A stretch of DNA of 64,000 bases, from NCBI GenBank assembly GCA_002505585.1, contig DAVM01000018.1, forward strand, positions 24,717 to 88,716. Direction: 5' to 3'. Positions 9,689-19,770 of this stretch are shown one piece after another (position 1 is the first letter of the stretch; every line of letters begins with the position of its first letter). A program made the translations under genes and the position numbers. Source of the stretch: Candidatus Woesearchaeota archaeon UBA489 (lineage in GTDB: Archaea; Nanobdellota; Nanobdellia; SCGC-AAA011-G17; UBA489). The notes beneath the pieces were generated by a model. It saw nothing but the letters and a program-made list of their open reading frames with translations. It was not told where the DNA came from and ran no database searches.

Positions 9689-11044
9689 ATGTTAAGAACA
9701 CATACTTGTGGTGAATTAAGAGGAGGAGATGCAGGAAAAAAAGTGAAGCTCTGTGGCTGGGTAGACACAGTCAGAGTACAAGGAAAAATAGGATTTCTAC
9801 TTTTAAGAGATAGATATGGCATAACACAAGTATTTCTCAATAAAACATTAGCAGAAAAATATGGAAGTTTACATAGAGATACAGTAGTGCAAGTAGAAGG
9901 AGAACTGAAAAAAAGACCAGATAATCAAATAAAAAAAGATCAACTAACAGGCGAAGTAGAACTCTCAGCAAATAAAATTACTGTTCTTAATGAAACAAAA
10001 GAATTACCATTAGATACAGATAATGCAACAGAAGAAACAAGACTGAAATATAGATACGTAGATTTACGAAGAGAAAAAATGCAAAAAAACTTAACATTAA
10101 GACATAAAGTTTTAAAAATCATTCACCAAGTATTAGACAAAGAACACTTCTTAGAAATAGAAACACCAATATTAGCAAAATCAACACCAGAAGGAGCAAG
10201 AGATTATTTAGTACCCTCAAGAAAATTTCCAGGAAACTTCTTTGCGTTACCCCAATCACCACAAATATTTAAACAACTCTTAATGACAAGTGGTTATGAT
10301 AAATATTACCAAATAGCAAGATGTTTTAGAGACGAAGACTTAAGAGCAGACAGACAACCAGAATTTACACAACTAGATATAGAAATAAGTTTCGTAGAAG
10401 AAGAAGATATCTACAAACTTTGTGAAGAATTGTTAAAACAAATTTTTAAAGAAGTATTAAATGTAACAATAAAAACACCCTTCTTAAAAATGACTTATGC
10501 AGAAGCAATAAAGAAGCATAAAAGTGACAAGCCAAACTTATCAAAAAAGAAAGGAGATTACCAATTCCTGTGGGTAACAGACTTTCCAATGCTGGATTAT
10601 TCAGAAGAAGAAGGAAGACACGTAGCAGTACACCATCCATTCACAGCACCACAAGAAGGACATATTAAAGATATAGAAAAACACCCAGAAAAAGTACTTT
10701 CAAGAGGCTATGACTTAGTATTAAACGGTTTTGAAATAGCAGGCGGCAGCATCAGGAATCATAATCTAACAACACAAAATAAAATCTTTAAAGCATTAAA
10801 AATAAGTGAGAAAGAAGCACAAGAAAAGTTTGGGTATTTATTAGATGCACTAAACTATGGAGCTCCACCAATGGGAGGAATAGCATTTGGCCTAGACAGA
10901 CTAATAGCAGTCATGTCAGAAGAAGAAAGCATAAGAGAAGTCATAGCATTCCCAAAAAATAAAGATGCAAAAGATTTATTATTAAACTCACCATCAGAAG
11001 TGAAAAAAGAACAACTAACTGAATTAGGACTCAAAACAAAATGA
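9689..11044 (+). CDS. aspS: Aspartyl-tRNA synthetase (archaeal type)
   Basis: 451 aa; N-terminal OB fold MLRTHTCGELRGGDAGKKVKLCGWV, class II motifs FRDEDLRADRQPEFTQLD, GGSIR, GGIAFGLDR. Confidence 0.9.
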   Translation: MLRTHTCGELRGGDAGKKVKLCGWVDTVRVQGKIGFLLLRDRYGITQVFLNKTLAEKYGSLHRDTVVQVEGELKKRPDNQIKKDQLTGEVELSANKITVLNETKELPLDTDNATEETRLKYRYVDLRREKMQKNLTLRHKVLKIIHQVLDKEHFLEIETPILAKSTPEGARDYLVPSRKFPGNFFALPQSPQIFKQLLMTSGYDKYYQIARCFRDEDLRADRQPEFTQLDIEISFVEEEDIYKLCEELLKQIFKEVLNVTIKTPFLKMTYAEAIKKHKSDKPNLSKKKGDYQFLWVTDFPMLDYSEEEGRHVAVHHPFTAPQEGHIKDIEKHPEKVLSRGYDLVLNGFEIAGGSIRNHNLTTQNKIFKALKISEKEAQEKFGYLLDALNYGAPPMGGIAFGLDRLIAVMSEEESIREVIAFPKNKDAKDLLLNSPSEVKKEQLTELGLKTK

Positions 11045-12339
11045 CTTACTTAAGCGTAGAAGAAGCAATAAAAAAAGGAAAAGGAATAGTGAAACTTAGA
11101 GGATGGGTACACAGAGAAAGAGGAAGTAATCAATTCAAATTTATAGTATTAAGAGACAACACAAACATATTGCAATGCGTTTTTAAGAAAGAGAAGTATA
11201 ACAATAAAGAATGGGAAGACATAGACAAACTCCTAGTAGAAAGCTCAGTAGAACTAGAAGGAAAAATACATGAAGACAAAAGAGCACCAACAGGATATGA
11301 AGTGCAAGTAGAAAAATTTAAAGTAATACAAAGATCAGAAGACTTTCCTTTACAAAAAGATCAAAGTGTAGAATTCTTAGCAGACAACAGACACTTATGG
11401 TTGAGAAGTAGAAAAATGACTTCAATGCTTAAAATAAGAAGCACAGTCTTCAGAGCAATACATGATTACTTCAGAAACTTAGGGTATTACGAATACCACT
11501 CACCTATATTCCAAGCAGTACAATGTGAAGGAGGAAGCACCCTCTTTGATGTAGCATACTTCAAACAAAAAGGAGTCTTCCTAGCACAAACATGGCAACT
11601 TTATGCAGAACCAGCAATCTTTGCACTAGAAAAAATTTATACTATATCACCAGCATTCAGAGCAGAAAAAAGCAAGACAAGTAGGCACTTAACAGAACTC
11701 TGGATGGCAGAAATGGAAGCAGCATGGATGGAATTCGATGACTTACTAGACAACGGAGAAGGACTATTAAAATACATCATGAAAGAAGTAGTAACAAAAA
11801 ATAAAGAAGAACTTAAAATACTAGAAAGAGATGTGAAGAAATTAGAACCAACAATAAAAAAACCCTTCACAAGAATGACCTACGACCAAGCACTAGACTT
11901 ACTCAAAAAGAAATGCGGCATGACAATAGAATGGGGAAAAGATTTGAGAACCATAGAAGAAGACAAACTAAGTGCATTATATGACACACCAATCATAGTA
12001 ACAAGATACCCAAAAAAAGTAAAAGCATTCTACATGAAAGAAGACGGAAAAATGAACAAAATAGTACTAGGAGTAGACTTCATAGCACCAGAAGGATACG
12101 GAGAAATCATAGGTGGCAGTGAAAGAGAAAGCAACTTAAAAGAAATAGAAAGAAGACTCAAAGAAGAAGGAGAAAACCCAGAACAATACAAATTCTACTT
12201 AGACACCAGAAGATATGGAAGCGTACCACACAGCGGCTTTGGTATGGGAGTTGAGAGAGTTATAGCATGGATCTGTGGATTAGACAACATAAAAGACGCA
12301 ATAGCATTCCCAAGAACAACAACAAGATTTAAGCCATAA
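11041..12339 (+). CDS. asnS: Asparaginyl-tRNA synthetase
   Basis: 432 aa; FRAEKSKTSRHLTELWMAEMEAAW, GGSERE, GFGMGVERV; 4-nt overlap with aspS. Confidence 0.9.
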   Translation: MTYLSVEEAIKKGKGIVKLRGWVHRERGSNQFKFIVLRDNTNILQCVFKKEKYNNKEWEDIDKLLVESSVELEGKIHEDKRAPTGYEVQVEKFKVIQRSEDFPLQKDQSVEFLADNRHLWLRSRKMTSMLKIRSTVFRAIHDYFRNLGYYEYHSPIFQAVQCEGGSTLFDVAYFKQKGVFLAQTWQLYAEPAIFALEKIYTISPAFRAEKSKTSRHLTELWMAEMEAAWMEFDDLLDNGEGLLKYIMKEVVTKNKEELKILERDVKKLEPTIKKPFTRMTYDQALDLLKKKCGMTIEWGKDLRTIEEDKLSALYDTPIIVTRYPKKVKAFYMKEDGKMNKIVLGVDFIAPEGYGEIIGGSERESNLKEIERRLKEEGENPEQYKFYLDTRRYGSVPHSGFGMGVERVIAWICGLDNIKDAIAFPRTTTRFKP

Positions 12340-12420
12340 TTAAACTCTTTAAAAAGGGGAAGATTTAAAAATAAGTACCTATCCAACAGTTAATAAATAA
12401 AGATTAAAACTTGTTAAAAA

Positions 12421-13350
12421 ATGGATATAGACGAATACTTAAAACAAAAAAAGGCCTTAGAAGAGCAAAAGAAGATCATAGAAGGCAAAGAAAAGATTCA
12501 TGAAAAGAAGCACAAAGTAGAAAAAACACATCATGTAGAACACCCAAAAGAACAACCTCATCATACTTCCCATCATACTCAACCTACTCATTCTAGCAAA
12601 CCTCACCATGAAGGAGGTTCACATATGAAAACCTTAATGATAGTCAACATGGTAATACTCATAGGAGTACTAGCAATAGTAGCAGTATTCTACCTCTTCC
12701 CACCAAACTTCGGAGGAACCATAGATCCTGGAGAAGACAAAGATAAAGACCAAATAAAACCCATTGTAAAAGATAAAGAACCAACAAAAACTAATGAAAC
12801 ACAAAAGAAACTAAAAAACGAAAGCAAAGATAATACAGTTTACTTAGGACCAGAATTTAGTTTAACAATACAAGATATAGATGAAGGACCATTCAAAGAA
12901 AATGGAAAACTCCAACACAGCGGAAGAATACTCAGCATACAAGGTGGAATAAAATACAAAGACTTCAGTATTGCAATACAAAACAAAGAAAAAGACAAAA
13001 TCTTCTGTGAAGTAGATAAAAAAGTAGACTTAGACACAGACTTAGATGGCACACTAGATATAAAAGGAATCTACTCATTAAATAGACAAAGAGTTAAAAT
13101 ACCATCAGCAACGAAAAAAGTATTTCAAGCAGGAATGGAATCATTACCAGGGGATTTACAAACACACGAAAAAGAATATAAAGGTAAAGGAGAAATATGG
13201 GCAGAATATGAAGTGAGATGTTATTTCTGTTTAGATGATAGATGTGATAAACTTGAGAGAAAAGGAGAAGGAAAACAAAAAGCACTTATTAGAGTAAGAA
13301 TAAATGATCATTTATTAATAAAAGATAATAATAAAACCAACAAAAGTTAA
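12421..13350 (+). CDS. Hypothetical single-pass membrane protein with His-rich cytoplasmic N-terminus
   Basis: 309 aa; HHVEHPKEQPHHTSHHTQPTHSSKPHH then TM helix LMIVNMVILIGVLAIVAVFYLF then K/D-rich external domain ending with 4 Cys. Confidence 0.5.
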   Translation: MDIDEYLKQKKALEEQKKIIEGKEKIHEKKHKVEKTHHVEHPKEQPHHTSHHTQPTHSSKPHHEGGSHMKTLMIVNMVILIGVLAIVAVFYLFPPNFGGTIDPGEDKDKDQIKPIVKDKEPTKTNETQKKLKNESKDNTVYLGPEFSLTIQDIDEGPFKENGKLQHSGRILSIQGGIKYKDFSIAIQNKEKDKIFCEVDKKVDLDTDLDGTLDIKGIYSLNRQRVKIPSATKKVFQAGMESLPGDLQTHEKEYKGKGEIWAEYEVRCYFCLDDRCDKLERKGEGKQKALIRVRINDHLLIKDNNKTNKS

Positions 13351-13541
13351 CTTTCAGAAGATTCTTTTTCTTCACTTACACTATTCTCTTCAACAAGAGA
13401 AGTAAAATCTTCCTTAAAACTAATTATTTCGTGCTTAATAACCATGCCAGTCTTTTGCATTAATTCTTTAGTTTCAGCAGTATAAAAATACAAACCAAAA
13501 ACCAACAAGAGCAAAACAATAATAATTAATTTTTTCATCAA
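13347..13541 (-). CDS. Small signal-anchored hypothetical protein
   Basis: 64 aa; MMKKLIIIVLLLLVFGLYFY hydrophobic N-terminus; convergent with previous gene. Confidence 0.3.
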   Translation of the reverse strand: MMKKLIIIVLLLLVFGLYFYTAETKELMQKTGMVIKHEIISFKEDFTSLVEENSVSEEKESSES

Positions 13542-13565
13542 ACAAAAAGAAGAAGAAACACCTAT

Positions 13566-14765
13566 TTAATCTTTTTGCTCAATAATAGTCTCAGTGAAAT
13601 GCTTATGAAAATACTTCTTAACAACTCTTCGAACATCAGCCAAAGAAACCCTCTTCAGAGCAGCCATATACTTCTTATGATCACGACCAAGAAACTCACA
13701 AACAGCATTACGCTCAACACGTTCCAAATTATCCTCATTAGAAAGAATTAAACTTCCCTCTAAATATTGCTTAGCCTCATCTAATTCCTTTTGAGACAAA
13801 GAAGGCAATTGCAATTGCTCTAAAACAACTCTTCTTACACGAGGAACATTCTTTTTGTTAGTAATAACAGAAACAACAAAATACCCATAAGTTAAAGCAT
13901 CTTCATGAGCTGCACCAACAGCATAAGCTAAACCACGTTTAGAACGAATTTCATCAAACAATCTAGAACTTTGTCCACGATCAAGAATAGCACGAACAAC
14001 ATCCAAAACAGGAGCATCTTTATGTTTAGCAGGAGGAGTTTTGTATCCTAACAGAAAATAAGTTTGATTAGTTTTATGCACTTTTTTCTTAGATTCTAAT
14101 TTAGTATGCTTTATTTCAACAGGATTCTTCCAACGACTAACAGGAGAAGAGTTAAGAGAAGAGAATTGTTTTTCAACCAAAGATTTTATGTTTTTTACAT
14201 TACCAGCAACAGAAACAATAATGTTCTTAGAAGAATAATATTTTTTGTAAAAACTGAGTAAAGCATCACGTTTGAGATTACGAATGATTTTTAAATCACC
14301 ATAAACAGGTAAACGAATACGATTCTTCTTGAAAAGAGTCTCTAAAAACAAAATCCATTGGAAAGCCTTAGGGTCATCGTGGAGCATCTTAATTTCGTCA
14401 TGAATAACACCTTTTTCTTTTTGAAAAGACTTAGGAAGGAAAGTAGAGTTAATGAATATATCAGCAAGAGTCTCTAAAGTACGAGAAAAATGTTTTTTAG
14501 GAACAACAGCATACACAAAAGTCTTTTCATTAGTAGTAATAGCATTTGATTCGCCACCAACACCTTCAATAACAGCAGTTAATTCTTGAGAAGATTTAGT
14601 TTTAGTACCTTCAAATAACATGTGCTCCATGAAATGAGCAATACCACGCTCTTTAGGTTTTTCATCATTAGAACCAACCTTGATAAGAATACCAAGAGCA
14701 ACAGCATTAGACTGACGAGGATCAACTAAAAGGGTTAAGCCATTCTTTAGTTTATACCTCTTCAT
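13566..14765 (-). CDS. M16-family (pitrilysin/insulinase-like) zinc peptidase
   Basis: 399 aa; inverted zinc motif HFMEHMLFEGT (HxxEH) near N-terminus. Confidence 0.8.
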   Translation of the reverse strand: MKRYKLKNGLTLLVDPRQSNAVALGILIKVGSNDEKPKERGIAHFMEHMLFEGTKTKSSQELTAVIEGVGGESNAITTNEKTFVYAVVPKKHFSRTLETLADIFINSTFLPKSFQKEKGVIHDEIKMLHDDPKAFQWILFLETLFKKNRIRLPVYGDLKIIRNLKRDALLSFYKKYYSSKNIIVSVAGNVKNIKSLVEKQFSSLNSSPVSRWKNPVEIKHTKLESKKKVHKTNQTYFLLGYKTPPAKHKDAPVLDVVRAILDRGQSSRLFDEIRSKRGLAYAVGAAHEDALTYGYFVVSVITNKKNVPRVRRVVLEQLQLPSLSQKELDEAKQYLEGSLILSNEDNLERVERNAVCEFLGRDHKKYMAALKRVSLADVRRVVKKYFHKHFTETIIEQKD

Positions 14766-14807
14766 GGAATAAATAAGACTAGAAAGTATATAAGTATTGC
14801 TTTTAGC

Positions 14808-16286
14808 CTACCACTTCTGCAATAACTCAACTAATAATCTCACACCAAAACCAGTAGCACCTTTTGCTAAGTAAGCAGTATCTTTGTCACTAAAAGCTTT
14901 ATTAGCAATATCTAAGTGCATCCACTTAGCGTTAGAAGGAACAAATTCTTTTAAGAACATACCAGCAACAATAGAACCAGCTTTTCCATCCCAACCACCA
15001 ATATTCGCAACGTCACCAACAGCACCTTTATTGAGTTCAGCAAATTCTTCGTAAAGAGGAAGTTGCCAAACACGTTCAAAAGTAGAGTCACCAGCAACTT
15101 GCAATTTCTTAATTAAAGCATCATCATTACCCATCACAGCAGCACAAACATTACCTAAAGCAATAGTAACAGCACCAGTCAAAGTAGCTAGATCAATAAC
15201 AACACTAGGTTTGAATTTTTCAGCATAACATAAAGAATCAGTTAAAGTAACTCTTCCTTCAGCATCAGTATGCAAAACTTCAATAGTTTTTCCATTCAAA
15301 GCTTTAATAACATCACCAGGACGATAAGCATTGTTACCAGGCATATTTTCAGCAGTAGCAACTAACCCAACAACATGTAAAGGTAATTGTAATTGAGCAA
15401 TAGCTTGCATAGTTCCAATAACAGCAGCAGAACCAGACATATCATATTTCATATCTTTCATAAAAGATCCAGGTTTAATATTAATACCACCAGAATCAAA
15501 AGTAACCCCTTTGCCAATTAACACGATAGTTTCTTTAGCTTTTTTCCCTTTGTGTTCCATCACAATAAATCTCGGAGGATTAGCACTTCCAGAACCAACA
15601 GCTAAGAGAGCATTCATGTTTAATTTTTTTATTTGCTTTTCGTCAAAAATAGTACATTTAACTCCAGACTTCTTACAAGCATCTTTAGCTTTTTGTGCAA
15701 GAATAGCAGGAGTCATGTCAGCAGCAGGAGTGTTGATTAATTCCCGCGTTAGATTACTAGAAGAAGAGATGATTTCAGCATCATGCAATCCTTGTTTAAC
15801 TTTTGCGTCATCAGAATCGTGACAAAGAGTGATGGATTCTAAAGATTTTTTCTTATCCTTAGTTTTGTAAGTATCAAAAGTGTAATTGGATAAAACAACA
15901 GCTTCAGCAACAACTTTCCCTAAAACGTAAGGTTCTAAAGAAATATGATGAGTGCAAAGAGAAAAGTTAAGAATAGATAAGTTTTTAGCACGCTTAGCAG
16001 CAGAACCAACAGCTTTACGGAATCTTTCTTCAGAAAACTCTTTTTGCTTCCCCAAACCAAGTAAGAATAACCTTTTAGCAGGAAGAAGATTGTTAGTGTT
16101 GAGTAAAAAAGTTTCACCAAGTTCACCTTTGAAGTCTTTAGCTTTAAGAATGGAAAGAAGGACATTATTTAATTTTTTATCAATAATAGCTAACTCTTTA
16201 CTCCCAGAATCATCCTCAAATAAAGGAAAGAAGAGAGCATCATCAACTATATCAACAGCACTTTTAGTGGAAGAGAAAAACTTCAT
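14808..16286 (-). CDS. pepA: Leucyl aminopeptidase, M17 family
   Basis: 492 aa; VLIGKGVTFDSGG, MKYDMSGSAAV, LHTDAEGRVTLTDS (NTDAEGRL-type motif). Confidence 0.85.
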   Translation of the reverse strand: MKFFSSTKSAVDIVDDALFFPLFEDDSGSKELAIIDKKLNNVLLSILKAKDFKGELGETFLLNTNNLLPAKRLFLLGLGKQKEFSEERFRKAVGSAAKRAKNLSILNFSLCTHHISLEPYVLGKVVAEAVVLSNYTFDTYKTKDKKKSLESITLCHDSDDAKVKQGLHDAEIISSSSNLTRELINTPAADMTPAILAQKAKDACKKSGVKCTIFDEKQIKKLNMNALLAVGSGSANPPRFIVMEHKGKKAKETIVLIGKGVTFDSGGINIKPGSFMKDMKYDMSGSAAVIGTMQAIAQLQLPLHVVGLVATAENMPGNNAYRPGDVIKALNGKTIEVLHTDAEGRVTLTDSLCYAEKFKPSVVIDLATLTGAVTIALGNVCAAVMGNDDALIKKLQVAGDSTFERVWQLPLYEEFAELNKGAVGDVANIGGWDGKAGSIVAGMFLKEFVPSNAKWMHLDIANKAFSDKDTAYLAKGATGFGVRLLVELLQKW

Positions 16287-16323
16287 GAAGAAATATTACT
16301 ACAATGTATATAAAAATCTTTCC

Positions 16324-19300
16324 TTAAAAATCACCTAAAGAAACCTGCTTAGAAGCTTTCAAGACATCATCAAAGGTGAGATCAAAAAATATTAAAACAG
16401 CCTCAGCAATAGGCTTAATTTGTTTTTCAACATAATGCTCATAATCCATTTTACTCTTTTGGAAGCCAACAGCCTCAGGACCATCAAGAGTCATGACATA
16501 CTCAAGAATCCCAACTTTTTTGATACCAGCTTTTCGAGCAGCCTTAATGTGAGGAGGAGTAGTTTTTGTGTAAGAGTCAACAGATTTTCTAATACCTTTT
16601 TTGTAAATTAATAATTCATCAAACTTTCCTTTTTTTAGATCAGCAACAAACTCTTTAATGAATTTAGAAGGATTTTTGTTATGAAAAACTTTCCAATGCA
16701 AATCGTATTGAAATTTACGAGCAGCCTCAGTCCAATCACGACGGACGAACTCCAATCCAGTAAACTCTAAAACATCTTTTTTGTCTTTTTCTAACAATCC
16801 ACTATAACGTTTTTTTGCACCTTCAGCAGACTTACGAGCTTTAGGAAGAAATAACTTTTTGTACACTTTTTCAAATTCTAATTCTAAAAAACTTTCTTTT
16901 TTATACTCTTTTTTAACGAAAGACTTGAAGAAAGAATTTATTTCGGTTTCAATAGTTTTCCCAACTTTCAAAGCATTTTTATAATCTTTAGCATTGACAT
17001 TAACAAATAAAGAATCAGTGTCACCATAAATAACTTCAAAACCTTTTTTTTCAATCTCTTCAGCACATTTTTTGATAATTAATTGCCCAAAATGAGTAAT
17101 AGCATTAGCCATTTCTAAAGAATGGAAACGAAAAGTAGGATTTGCCATGACTCCAAAAAAAGATTGTCCACAAAAATGTAATTTTGTATTTCTTCCAGCT
17201 AATACAGTGTGGTTAGGTGATACTTCAACACAATAAACACTTCCTTCATAATCTACTTCGCGAATGTTTTTATATTTTGATATATAAGGTCTAATACCTT
17301 TTCTTTTATTAATCTGCACTCTGTACATAGTGTAATCTTCGCCATCATATTTCTGAGTATCTTCATAGACAAACCCATAATAGCCTAGATGATGAACAAG
17401 TCGCAAAACATCTTCTGCTAAATCCTTATTCTTTGAGGAATATCTCTCTCCATTACTATTCCCATCTCCTAACATAGCCGTTTTGAACAAATTATGAAGT
17501 ATGCTTTGATCTAATTCAAAAACCCAATTAGGAATACGCTTATTATGGCTACCTGCGCCGCACTCTGCAAGCAAAACTTCTGCTAAAATTTGATTAGTGA
17601 CTGTAATACCATTAAACTCCGAAGAGTATTTTAATCCCATTTTTTTTAGTAACTTTATAATTTTTTCTCTTGTTTTTTCCTTCTTTTGACATAGAATTAT
17701 CTTATGAGATACACCCCTCCAAGAAACTTTTCCAGGGTATCTTTTTTCTTTAGAAATATAAATGTAACCTTCAGAAACATACCACCCAATTAATTGCAAC
17801 CAATCACTTAAATGATATCTATTTGGTACTGAACTATGTTTTCTCGCCTTTTGTAATTTTTCCTCTTTTATTCTGAAAGCTATAGCTAATTCATTGCACT
17901 TTTTCTTCAGATCAAACCATTTGATAATCTTTCCTTTGATACTTTTGTGTTTAGGTAACCAGAAATTCTTAGTTGCTTTTTCAAGTAACTCTTGTGCTTC
18001 GAACCATTGATACTTTTTTCCAACTTTTACAAAAAATCTATGATTTGGAGTGACAATAAAATCCACATTTTTGCTTTGTATAGATATCACTTTTCCTTTG
18101 TAAGGATACTTAAATGTCCTCGTTACCTTGTTTAATTCTGTTTTTCTCGTTTTAGGATTAAGAGAATAGACAAGATCTCCTTTCTTAATTTCAGTGATTT
18201 TTTTTATCCCTTGGTCGGTTAAAATATCAGTATCTGGAGTAAAGCAGTTCATGAGAATTTTAATAGCATAAATAGCAAGCTTTTCCTTCCTCTTCTTAGC
18301 TTTATCACGCTGTTCCCACATATGTTGAATAACATCAGGCAAAACTCCATCTTTCCTTTTAAATAAAGCACCATTAGGAGCTTCTAGCAATTCTGAAGAT
18401 TTGAACAATTTAGCATTCTCTTTAGGAACAAAAGAAACAGGATCAATATTAAAAGAACGAATAATAGAAGGGTACAGACTTTTAAAATCAACAATAACAA
18501 TATTATCATAAATCCCAGGCTTAGGATCCATAACAAAACCACCTAAAATACGTTCTTCACGATCCACAATATTAGCAGAAGGAGCAACTAATTTCCTTTT
18601 TTGCAATTCTCTTAGATATAAAGAATCAAAAGAAGCAATAGAAGCGTTGACACGATCAAGTTGCATACGAGTAAGTAAAGAACGGAGAATGGTTAAGTCG
18701 AAAGAACCAGATTTGAAGATAACATCATAAGCAAGAATAGAATCTTTTAAGTTATAGTCAACTAATTTTTGAGGATCCTTATTGTAAGCTTCAGTAATTT
18801 CATCATGCCTTCCAGCTCCTTGAAAAATTTTAGTATCTCCTAAAATATGTTTAGCAGCAGTATTTAATTTATAATCATCAAGTTTAATGAAAGAAGTCTT
18901 CATTAAGTGAATACCATCTAAAACCATACGTCCAGGAAAGTCAGCAGAAGAATCACGAAAGAAAGATTCAGAAATACGCAATTTACAAGGCCAAGGAACA
19001 CGACCAAACAAAAAAGGAACTTTATGTTCTTTAAACTTCTTCTTTAAGTAATCTAAATCAAAATCAATAACATTCCAACCAACTATAACATCAGGATCTA
19101 ATTCTAAAACTAACTCTTGGAAACGTTCTAGAACTTCTTTTTCAGAAGGAAAACATTCAGCATTCTTGAACTTACCCTTTTTTTTAACAAGTAAAACATT
19201 TTTATAAGAACCATCATAGAGAGAAATAGAGTAAAGATCACCTGCATCTTTATCAGTCTCAATATCAAAAGAAAGAACTTTGAGTTTAGGGAAAAAGTCA

Positions 19301-19770
19301 GTAGGCTCAAAATCAGGATTTTTGTAAACACGATCAATATGTTCACCAGTTTCGTAATGACCATCAAGATCTAAAGAACCACGAATATCATGATCAATTA
19401 AAAAACGGTATGGGAAGCGGATGTCAGCTTCATAACAAGCAATATTTTCTTCAAGAAATAATCGTTTAGTTTTAGGAACATCAGCAGGAAGGTTAAGAGT
19501 AACTTTAGTCATCTTTTCGTCGAGGAAATTAGTGAAAGAAGAGTCTTTGAAGGAAGCAGCTTTGATTTTTTCAGCACGCTTACGATGTTTAGTTAAGATA
19601 TAGAAATAAGGCTTGAAATCATGCATAGATAAAAAGCTTTCACCATTCTCTAAACGGCCAAATAAGTAGACAACTGCTTTATCATCATCAATTCTATAAG
19701 TTGGGTAAACAATAAAACCTTTCATAAGAGGAAGAGGAAGAGGGGTTATAAAAAGGTTCTCATACTTCAA
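16324..19770 (-). CDS. polB: Family B DNA polymerase containing one intein (pol-b site)
   Basis: 1148 aa; exonuclease motifs FDIETD, motif A DFKSLYPSII, motif B K..KILMN/SFFGVMANPTFRF split by intein, motif C YGDTDSLFV; extein total ~787 aa. Confidence 0.9.
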   Translation of the reverse strand: MKYENLFITPLPLPLMKGFIVYPTYRIDDDKAVVYLFGRLENGESFLSMHDFKPYFYILTKHRKRAEKIKAASFKDSSFTNFLDEKMTKVTLNLPADVPKTKRLFLEENIACYEADIRFPYRFLIDHDIRGSLDLDGHYETGEHIDRVYKNPDFEPTDFFPKLKVLSFDIETDKDAGDLYSISLYDGSYKNVLLVKKKGKFKNAECFPSEKEVLERFQELVLELDPDVIVGWNVIDFDLDYLKKKFKEHKVPFLFGRVPWPCKLRISESFFRDSSADFPGRMVLDGIHLMKTSFIKLDDYKLNTAAKHILGDTKIFQGAGRHDEITEAYNKDPQKLVDYNLKDSILAYDVIFKSGSFDLTILRSLLTRMQLDRVNASIASFDSLYLRELQKRKLVAPSANIVDREERILGGFVMDPKPGIYDNIVIVDFKSLYPSIIRSFNIDPVSFVPKENAKLFKSSELLEAPNGALFKRKDGVLPDVIQHMWEQRDKAKKRKEKLAIYAIKILMNCFTPDTDILTDQGIKKITEIKKGDLVYSLNPKTRKTELNKVTRTFKYPYKGKVISIQSKNVDFIVTPNHRFFVKVGKKYQWFEAQELLEKATKNFWLPKHKSIKGKIIKWFDLKKKCNELAIAFRIKEEKLQKARKHSSVPNRYHLSDWLQLIGWYVSEGYIYISKEKRYPGKVSWRGVSHKIILCQKKEKTREKIIKLLKKMGLKYSSEFNGITVTNQILAEVLLAECGAGSHNKRIPNWVFELDQSILHNLFKTAMLGDGNSNGERYSSKNKDLAEDVLRLVHHLGYYGFVYEDTQKYDGEDYTMYRVQINKRKGIRPYISKYKNIREVDYEGSVYCVEVSPNHTVLAGRNTKLHFCGQSFFGVMANPTFRFHSLEMANAITHFGQLIIKKCAEEIEKKGFEVIYGDTDSLFVNVNAKDYKNALKVGKTIETEINSFFKSFVKKEYKKESFLELEFEKVYKKLFLPKARKSAEGAKKRYSGLLEKDKKDVLEFTGLEFVRRDWTEAARKFQYDLHWKVFHNKNPSKFIKEFVADLKKGKFDELLIYKKGIRKSVDSYTKTTPPHIKAARKAGIKKVGILEYVMTLDGPEAVGFQKSKMDYEHYVEKQIKPIAEAVLIFFDLTFDDVLKASKQVSLGDF
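17164..18246 (-). mobile_element. Intein with LAGLIDADG homing-endonuclease domain inserted in PolB motif B
   Basis: Residues 509-869: starts CFTPDTDIL (block A Cys after KILMN), LAGLIDADG-like blocks LIGWYVSEGYIYI and FKTAMLGDGNS, block F-like VYCVEVSPNHTVLAG, ends ...KLHFCGQ followed by +1 Ser (SFFGVM). Confidence 0.75.

Noticed and set aside
15511-16338. + strand ORFs 15511..15822 and 15952..16338
   Set aside because: Antisense inside pepA (M17 aminopeptidase)
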